Made by a program: the position numbers and the translations under genes | The notes under the pieces: model-generated | What the model saw: only the letters and a program-made list of their open reading frames with translations | What the model was told of the DNA's origin: nothing | Databases searched by the model: none | NCBI GenBank assembly: GCA_964016885.1 | Contig: OZ024740.1 | Location: 107,136,001-107,200,000 of the forward strand | Length of the DNA stretch: 64,000 nt | From: Eledone cirrhosa | Taxonomy: Eukaryota | Direction of reading: 5' to 3' | Shown here: positions 55,281 to 64,000 of the stretch, in pieces | Layout of the letters: each line of letters starts with the position of its first letter | Numbering within the stretch: the first letter of the stretch is position 1

Positions 55281-55963
55281 TGTAGAGAAATCGTTGCGAA
55301 AAAGTGCAGCGTTAGAGTAACGACTTTAATTGTTAACATGATGCATTCAGAATTCTGTTTTGTTATTGTCAAGAATTTCTTGCTAATGTGGTTTCATGGG
55401 ATAAAGATCATTTTCGGCAGAGCTGTTCTGCTAGAGGACGAGTCGCATGTGGCGGATAGTCATACGGCCCCCAGATATGATAGCTAGTTGCGGGCAACTG
55501 TCGGACGAATAAGCAGCCCTGGATCAACAGCGGTAAACTACAAAGACAGATAGAGCAATGAGTAACACCTCTAGCTCCCCAAAAAACTCTCACAATCCAG
55601 TGATGTAGCTATGATCAGGTGAGTAAAGGCCGCTTCTAAAAAAGCCTAGTCTTCGCGAGTCTGAGGAAAGTATCAGATTTGCGAATAAGACCACCAAGAC
55701 TGCAACATGGTGAGAAGTAACAAAAATAAGTTTTACTTTACGAAAAATATTTTTTTCTTTGATAACGAGGCTACCCATATGATATATAAACGTATTATAT
55801 ATGTTTAGATGTTTTCATATATACCCCTGTTGTGCTTAAACGCTGTCCTAGTGCTACTGCCAAGTATTATAGCCAGCCAAGTTCGCACTATATGCAAATG
55901 AGTATTTCTAGCAAATGTTCAGCACGCAAAATTCAATATCGACTCTTCTCTATTTCCATGTCA

Positions 55964-56039
55964 GTACCGGCTGAGTGAAGGTTACTGATGAAAGATTAAT
56001 AAATCTTGAAACAGTGCTGTCTGGCATTCTTGGCCGTAC
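55964..56039 (+). ncRNA. Type I hammerhead ribozyme, GUC site, extended stem I
   Basis: gtta-CTGATGA-aagatt aata aatctt-GAAA-cagtgctg-TC-tggc; distal gtaccggctgagtg/cattcttggccgtac pairing. Confidence 0.88.
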
Positions 56040-56227
56040 TAACAAACTCTGTGATATATTCACAGAGGAAAATAATCTTTTTTTTTCTTTTTTGCGAAAA
56101 ATATTTTCTTTCAAAGTGAAACTATTCATATATTTATTGAATATAACCATAAAGTATGTTTATGTATGGTTTTCATATACACCCCTTATACACCCCTTAT
56201 ACACACACACACATGTATATATATATA

Positions 56228-56286
<59 letters not shown>

Positions 56287-56455
56287 AAGAGTTAATATCT
56301 AGTAACATATATATACATACAGATGCATATCAATGCTAGCAAATATATAGGTTTTGTCTTAGTAACTTTGTGGTTCAATGCATGGGGTTGCAGAACAATA
56401 ATATGAGAGACGTAAAATAAGAAAATTATAAAATTAACTTACTTACTAAAATATC

Positions 56456-56537
56456 ACTTCCAACTAATTAGTTTCTGGAATGGAATAAATATATTTTCCG
56501 AAGAAGATACGGAGAAGCATTCCGTCGTCAGGGAAGT
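56456..56537 (-). ncRNA. Type I hammerhead ribozyme, extended stem II
   Basis: acttcc-CTGACGA-c ggaatg...cattcc a-GAAA-ctaattag-TT-ggaagt; palindromic stem III. Confidence 0.82.
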
Positions 56538-56568
56538 CTATTCTCATCTAAGTATCCAGGCAAAGCGT

Positions 56569-56672
<104 letters not shown>

Positions 56673-56696
56673 CGTTTTTTTAAGTTGTTTTGCAAG

Positions 56697-56732
<36 letters not shown>

Positions 56733-56759
56733 CTTGTAGAACAACTTAAAAAAACGAAC

Positions 56760-56896
<137 letters not shown>

Positions 56897-57935
56897 ATTT
56901 ATTAAAATAACATTAAAGTTTAAGCAAAGAATCGCTGCTTTCATCCTTAACGGGATCTTCTGAAACTAAAAAAAATCAATCTGTGAACGCAGAAGTAAAT
57001 ATTTCGAAAAACGTTGCAACCGAAGGAAGACAGGAAGACGATACTTTGGTTCGTGGAAACGTTCCCTGGCAAATAACGGGGGGAAAAAACGAAGATAATA
57101 CGTCATTATGTGGAGCGTTGAGAACAATTACACGCAAAGACAAAACCACGTTTATGGTATAAATGAAGTCGTAGACTAAAATTCTATTTAGGAAACCGAA
57201 AGATTCTCGGCTTCCGAGTTACGAATAAGGAAATAAATTACAGAGGTAATTGAAATCAACAAAAATTAAATATAAACATGCACGCATCCATATACACACA
57301 TACGCATGCATACGCGAAAACACCCACCATGGGTATGCAAATGCAAGCACGTACACAAAAACACGCACGCACATACAGAACCCACGCAACGCCTGTAACA
57401 TATACAAGCAAATATACGTACGAGAAAGTATACGTACTTCACAAAACATACAGGTAATATATACTCACCTATATATATATATATATATGCGGAGAGCGAG
57501 GAGTTCGCCCCGTGGAGGGAGGGGTAAGGGTGTGAGGCGGGGGAGGGAGTGTGTGGTGGAGGGTGGTGGGGATAGGGGATGGGGGTCACGGGGATGGTGG
57601 AAGGTGGTGGTGGGGAGGAGTGATTGAAGCTTAAGGGCTTTGGTGAAGGTGAAGAAGGAGAAGAGGTCGTGGTTGAGGTTTTGGATGAAGAGGAAGATGG
57701 AGTGGGCGAGGAGGGGGTGGCATGCGGAGTTAAGGTGGAGGAGGGTGGGGGTGTTGTTCTCCTCCCCCTTTTTTCTAAATGTATTTCCACTCACCCTCTG
57801 AACTCTCTTCCTAACCTATTTACTCCTTATGCCCGAAACGCCCCCCCCCCACACACACACACACACTCAAAAGCGTGAACCTAATAAACCTTTATTTGTC
57901 TACCTCTCTGTTTTGTTCCCGTATAAATTTGCACG

Positions 57936-57967
<32 letters not shown>

Positions 57968-57997
57968 AGATCAAAAGATGGTTAAAGGAGTTCCATG

Positions 57998-58068
57998 TAT
58001 TTTATTATGCGCATTTCAAAAACAAATATCATCATGCAATAACATTTGTGTTTTCATCAGATAAAATA
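57998..58068 (-). ncRNA. Hammerhead ribozyme
   Basis: tattttat-CTGATGA-aaacacaaatgttattgcatgatgatatttgttttt-GAAA-tgcgca-TA-ataaaata. Confidence 0.85.
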
Positions 58069-58142
58069 GGAACTACTTTTCATATGTTGATTTAAAACTG
58101 CACTATCCACAAGTGTTTTTTAACCTTCATATCATGTCCTCC

Positions 58143-58213
58143 TATTTTATCTGATGAAAACACAAATGTTATTGCATGATGATATTTGTTTTTGAAATAC
58201 GCATAATAAAATA
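58143..58213 (+). ncRNA. Hammerhead ribozyme (inverted partner of 57998-58068)
   Basis: Same motif, stem III tacgca. Confidence 0.8.
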
Positions 58214-58400
58214 CATGGAACTCCTTTAACCATCTTTTGATCTTATATATTATATATACTCCAGTCCTACAAACCTTAGAGTGCATCTTATCCGATATCT
58301 GCATTGCTTTATTGTACTACAATAAAACTCACCTCCTACATTATATATATAAAATAAAGTTAAATAAAAGTCAAATGATTAAAATTTAGCTTCGTTTATT

Positions 58401-58455
58401 ACTGCTATATATATTTCAGTGACAGCCATCTTTGGCTGTGACCTCTTCAGGTAGT
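58401..58455 (-). ncRNA. Hammerhead ribozyme
   Basis: actac-CTGAAGA-ggt c acagcca aaga tggctgt c act-GAAA-tatata-TA-gcagt. Confidence 0.78.
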
Positions 58456-58889
58456 TTGAATTAGTATGGTATAGACAAGTACATATGTTGTTTAGGTGTA
58501 TGATATTGTCAATACTCTGATATGCCCAGTTCCTTGCTGGGTTGTTAATTCACTGGGGAACTGGAGTCATATATATATATATATACAGACACATGCATAC
58601 ACACGCGCGTACACAAATATATATATATATATGTATACATTAGCAGGGAAACAGACGTTAAATAATTGTTTCTACTTTTGGCACAAAAGTAGAAACAATT
58701 ATATATATTTCAAGGGTACCAAAACATTTTGGTACGCTTTCTTCAGATAAAATACAAAGTTTGTTTTATAAATAGAGACATACCCAGGAAAATCATACCT
58801 TATCAGTTGGATATTCTCTGGATAAAAGAATATCCAACTGATAAGGTATGATTTTCCTGGGTATGTCTCTATTTATAAAACAAACTTTG

Positions 58890-58952
58890 TATTTTATCTG
58901 AAGAAAGCGTACCAAAGTGTTTTGGTACCCTTGAAATATATATAATAAAATA
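58890..58952 (+). ncRNA. Hammerhead ribozyme, family B-related; partial inverted partner at 58699-58754
   Basis: tattttat-CTGAAGA-aag c gtacca..tggtac c ctt-GAAA-tatata-TA-ataaaata; the arms form a ~120-bp palindrome with a 9-bp spacer. Confidence 0.85.
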
Positions 58953-59003
58953 AATATGGTTTTATAAAAATAGTTTCCATTTATTTAATATCATTGTATA
59001 TAT

Positions 59004-59054
<51 letters not shown>

Positions 59055-59057
<3 letters not shown>

Positions 59058-59436
59058 GTCGTGCAGAGAGGTGATATAGGCGTGCAGACAGACAGTCGTG
59101 CAGAGAGGTGATATAGGCGTGCAGACAGACATAACTGATAATTTGGTTACGCTAATGTTTTTCTCTGCGTTGCAGTGTTTACATTTTCGATCTTTGTTAA
59201 TAAATAACCAGTGCAGTTTTTATCCCCAGCATCCTCTTTTGTTATAACATTGGGGTTATCGTTATGTTTTCTTAACTTCATAAGGCATATTGTTGGTTGA
59301 GGGAATATTAATCAAAAACACCACATGCAAGTCTGCACAGTAGACACTACAGTTTTTAAGCCAAAAAAGAAACTTAACATTGTAACTTTAACACAGCTAC
59401 TGAGCGACCCCGAGCAACGCCGGGCTTTACTGCTAG
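59055..59436 (+). mobile_element. 5'-truncated copy of the non-autonomous Helitron
   Basis: Near-identical to ~3105-3485, ends in CTAG. Confidence 0.85.
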
Positions 59437-59477
59437 TATATATATATAGTTATGTAATAAACAACATAAGGCAATTA

Positions 59478-59537
59478 TTCCATTTACCAGTGGTTTCTTA
59501 AAAGCAAAAGATTTTGCTTTCAATCCTCAGAATGAAA
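59478..59537 (-). ncRNA. Hammerhead ribozyme, family A
   Basis: Reverse complement of the 29807-type motif. Confidence 0.85.
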
Positions 59538-59907
59538 AAATCCTGGTTTGTTTATTGAATTTGGATTTTAAAAACAAAAATGCAATCTATATGAAAGTGA
59601 GGCTGGAGAAGGAAGAAGGAAAGGAAAAATAAAATAAAACTACACATGCAAACACACACACAAAAACACGCACATTCAATATATATATATATAATATATA
59701 ATATATATATATATATATAATATATATATATATAATATATATATATATATAATATATATATATTATATATATATATATAATATATATATATAATATATAT
59801 ATATAATATATATATATATAATATATATATATAATGTATATATATATATATATATAATATATATATATATAATATATATATATATAATATATATATGTAT
59901 ATATATG

Positions 59908-60398
59908 TAAAGTTATATTTAAAATTGTTGGGTTACAACTAGTAAATATTTATAACTGATATAAAAGCACTCGACAAATACTTGGAGTATATTTACAATA
60001 TTAAATAAATGGAAAACTATATTTATAAAACCATATTTATTTCATTATATATATTTCGGGGATATCATATTAACAATATGCTATGCCTTCATCAGACAAA
60101 ATACAATATAAACAGTTTTATAGATAAATATATTCGACATACCGTAATAAACATCAACTTCATTTGAAGAGGTTCACTCTAGCAGTGAAAATACAGTGAA
60201 AATACACTGCTAGAGTGAACCTCTTCAAATGAAGTTGATGTTTATTACGGTATGTCGAATATATTTATCTATAAAACTGTTTATATTGTATTTTGTCTGA
60301 TGAAGGCATAGCATATTGTTAATATGATATCCCCGAAATATATATAATGAAATAAATATGGTTTTATAAATATAGTTTTCCATTTATTTAATATTGTA
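59908..60398. mobile_element. Palindromic family B insert with HHR(-) 60038-60103 and HHR(+) 60289-60354
   Basis: ~190-bp arms around a 17-bp spacer; tattttgt-CTGATGA-aggc...cccc-GAAA-tatata-TA-atgaaata. Confidence 0.85.
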
Positions 60399-60474
60399 TA
60401 TGTATATATATATATTTATATAATATATATATATATATAATATATATATATATATATTATATATATATATATAT

Positions 60475-60520
<46 letters not shown>

Positions 60521-60625
60521 CTAATATATATATATATATATTATATATATATAATATATATATATATTATATATATATATATTATATATAATATATATAT
60601 ATATATATAATATATATATATATAA

Positions 60626-60657
<32 letters not shown>

Positions 60658-60771
60658 AGTTGTAATAGAATGAAAACGAAATTTCATTTCTCACTCTTAG
60701 TACGGCACTTACTTAAATGTAAGTATGTATGTATACGTACATACATATATGTATACAGACGTACAGTAGCA

Positions 60772-60833
<62 letters not shown>

Positions 60834-60937
60834 CAGGTACACATACATATATGTACGTATCAGTTTAGCGGACGTATATATATAATAAACGTCCGCTAAA
60901 CTGATACGTACATATATGATATATGTATGTGTACCTG

Positions 60938-61029
<92 letters not shown>

Positions 61030-61167
61030 TGCTACTGTACGTCTGTATACATATATGTATGTACGTATACATACATACTTATATATATATATATATATAT
61101 AATATTCATATATATATAATATATATATATATAATATATATATATAATATATATATATATATAATAT

Positions 61168-61243
<76 letters not shown>

Positions 61244-61257
61244 TATATATATAATAT

Positions 61258-61291
<34 letters not shown>

Positions 61292-61317
61292 ATATATATA
61301 TATAATATATATATATA

Positions 61318-63370
61318 CTAGCGGAGCTACCCGGCTTCGCTCAGTGTTAAAAAGCTTATTTAGAAAAGAATAATATTAACATTTTAATCGTTATTTAAAA
61401 ACTTCTGTAATTTAGTTTCTATTTTTTAGATTTTAACATTTATCTTTAAATGACTGAATGACTGACGAATTTAAAGAAAATTCGTTATAAGAACATTTAA
61501 TTTGTTTTACTGAAGTGCTTTTGGATACACAATGTTTTTTGTTTTTCCTTCTGGTGCGTACACGAATAAATCAGAAGGTTTACCGACGCGTGAGCAAGCC
61601 ACATACAGCTGTCCATGTGAGAAGCATGGATTTTCTAAATTTAGTCCACACACTTGTAGCGATTGTCCTTGTGCTTTGTTGATAGTCATTGCAAAGGCGA
61701 GTCGCACCGGAAACTGCAAACGTTTGAAATCGAATGGCGTATCTGTTGGAATGATTGGGATGCGTGGCAAGAGTACATCTTCTCCTTTAAATTTTCCATT
61801 TAAAATTGTAGCCTCGATGATATTGTTCATCGTCTTTTTCACTGAAAGTCTGGTACCGTTGCAAAGTTGTGGTGGATTGATGTTTCGGAGAAGGATGATA
61901 GGCACGCCAATTTTCAATGTTAAAATGTGCGGTGGCATGCCTGACAAATCAAGTGAATTCAAGAATTCAATTGGATAATTGATAATTTCGTCTTGATTCA
62001 TTACAGTATCGATGGACTTATACGTTGTCGCTTCGCCTGGTATTTCGTTTTGAATGCTGAAATTAATGGCATTGACATCGGTGTTTTTGGCTGCTAATAT
62101 AGCACGTACACTGAGCCACTGATGATTTTTGTAATGCTGCGCAATATTTGGGAACACTTTGTGAATCAGTTCGTCTCTGGTTGCCGTGATTCTACAGAAG
62201 TTTGTTGGCAATGTGATACATTTTGTGGAATCATCGATTACCATTTTCCCATTCCCAATATCCAGCAATTGTTTTGTGAAACGTACGTTCAGCGGATGCG
62301 TCATTTTGTAGTTGTACACGCATATTGTTTTTTAAAGTTAATTTCTGTACGTGTCGCCATAAAACTGATGATTTGAGACATGCATGAAGCTCATCAGCGG
62401 GTGTTGATCGCGGTATAACTGGTAGAGTTTGTCGAAAATCACCAGACAATAAAATGAGTGTGCCACCGAAGAGGTGTTCATTTCCTTTCAAATCTTTTAG
62501 CGTATTATTAAGCGCTTCCAATGATTTTTTGTGCGCCATAGTACATTCGTCCCATATAATGATTTTACATGATTGGAGTACTTTACCTATACCAGAATTT
62601 TTGGTAATATTGCATGTTGATGTCTCAGCGATTTGCATATTCAATGGCAATTTCAGGGCTGAATGTGCTATTCGGCCACCATCTAAAAGAGTTGCCGCAA
62701 TTCCAGATGATGTGATTGCCAGTGCAATATTATTTTCTGATCGTATAGTTGCCAAAATAAGTGAAATGAGAAAAGTTTTGCCTGTACCACCGGGCGCATC
62801 TATAAAATACAATGTGCCGCTTTGACTTATAATTGCCTGCATAATTTGGTCATATACTATGCGTTGTTCTGGTAGCAATTTGGGAAGATTCGTTTGAACA
62901 AATGTACCCAATTCGGCGACATCAAAGTTTGTTTCTCGTTGCAAATCACGATCGAAAATGTCGTTTACAGATCGATTCGGCGCAGGCATTCCCAATTGTA
63001 CCAATGTTTTGTTAGCGATTGCTAAACATATGACCTCAATGGAAACCAATGCTTCATTATACACATTTTGTGTGAATTGAATATTCATATTTTGATTTGT
63101 TGCACGCAAACGATGTAGGATGTCTTCACTCATGTAGTCTTTATATTTTTCCCAATGATCTTTTGGATTTGATGGGAAGCACGTTGTCAATATTATTGAG
63201 AATAATGTGCGTATTTGCTTTGGTCGAGCAGTATTTGATGCATCAGCGAGTGAAGTGTCCCAATGTCCATCATTTTCAAGAAGATTTAATTCTTGGCAAG
63301 CTTCACGATAAGTGGCACATACTTGACCGTTTACTGTTCTAAATTCTTGGAATGATGTCGGTCCACGTAT
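61318..63370 (-). mobile_element. Helitron 3' part with frameshifted PIF1-like helicase (ORFs 62231-63190 and 61507-62319)
   Basis: DAPGGTGKT, IIWDEC, GDFRQTLPV, LCNGTRL, QFPVRLAFAMTINKAQGQSL, HGQLYVACSRV; 3' hairpin ctgagcgaagccggg and CTAG end. Confidence 0.93.
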
Positions 63371-63614
63371 GTGTCCAGGTCAGGAAAATAAGGACAGACG
63401 AAATGAAGATATCAAATTACAGCACTTAGTTAAGGGCTAGCTGAAAAAGAATTCCCTGTAATGGGAGTGGAAGGGAAGTAATGTGAAACAGACACTATAC
63501 TAATTCTATTGAAATTATATTAAATTAAAGAGAGAATTTACTAATTCTTGAAATTATATTAAATTAAAGAGAGAATACTAATTCTATTGAAATTATCTTT
63601 AATTAAAAAAATTT

Positions 63615-64000
63615 CACACTCGCTCTTTCACTCACTCTTTGTCTATACGTTGATTTCTCTTTCTCCGTTTATAGCACTCTCTCTTTGTCTATACGTTACT
63701 CTTTCACTCTCTCTTTGTCTATACGTTGATTTCTCTTTCTCCGTTTATAACTTTAGAGACAGTCTAATATAGGGAGTGGTTCAAAGCAGCCAGACTACTC
63801 GCTCTTTCACTCGTTGCTCTTTCACTCTCTCTTTGTCTATACGTTGATTTCTCTTTCTCCGTTTATAACTTTAGAGACAGTCTAATATAGGGAGTGGTTC
63901 AAAGCAGCCAGACTACTCGCTCTTTCACTCGTTGCTCTTTCACTCTCTCTTTGTCTATACGTTGATTTCTCTTTCTCCGTTTATAACTTTAGAGACAGTC
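63615..64000. repeat. 118-bp tandem repeat running off the window
   Basis: gtctatacg at 63717, 63835, 63953. Confidence 0.9.

Noticed and set aside
57510-57755. G-rich tract with G-quadruplex potential
   Set aside because: Low-complexity purine tract with no supporting context

Overview
AT-rich, microsatellite-saturated eukaryotic DNA, most likely octopus/cephalopod (inferred from SINEs resembling octopus tRNA-derived SINEs). No host gene could be identified with confidence. Protein-coding content is all transposon-derived: an apparently intact R4/Dong-type RLE retrotransposon plus a 5'-truncated copy, CR1 and RTE relics, a decayed Gypsy internal region, a frameshifted Helitron helicase, and Penelope-like elements (PLEs, Naiad-type RT plus GIY-YIG). 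The main hidden signal is RNA-level. I read about 30 type I hammerhead ribozyme (HHR) motifs by eye (roughly 25 with intact cores, at least a dozen sequence families), on both strands. They sit in PLE termini, in tail-out palindromic inserts within (TA)n tracts, and in small non-coding retrozyme-like units (about 320, 357, 422 and 455 nt) showing terminal redundancy and circular permutation. Several HHR families share unusual stem II features: a position-4 C.C mismatch with covarying flanks, a U.U base, and extensions up to 116 nt. A tandem pair of covarying ~220-nt structured RNA motifs lies at 35.5-36.0 kb. A segmental duplication (about 0.3-16.8 kb vs 39.9-48.7 kb) supplies empty sites for several insertions. 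All folds are manual and coordinates may be off by a few bases.
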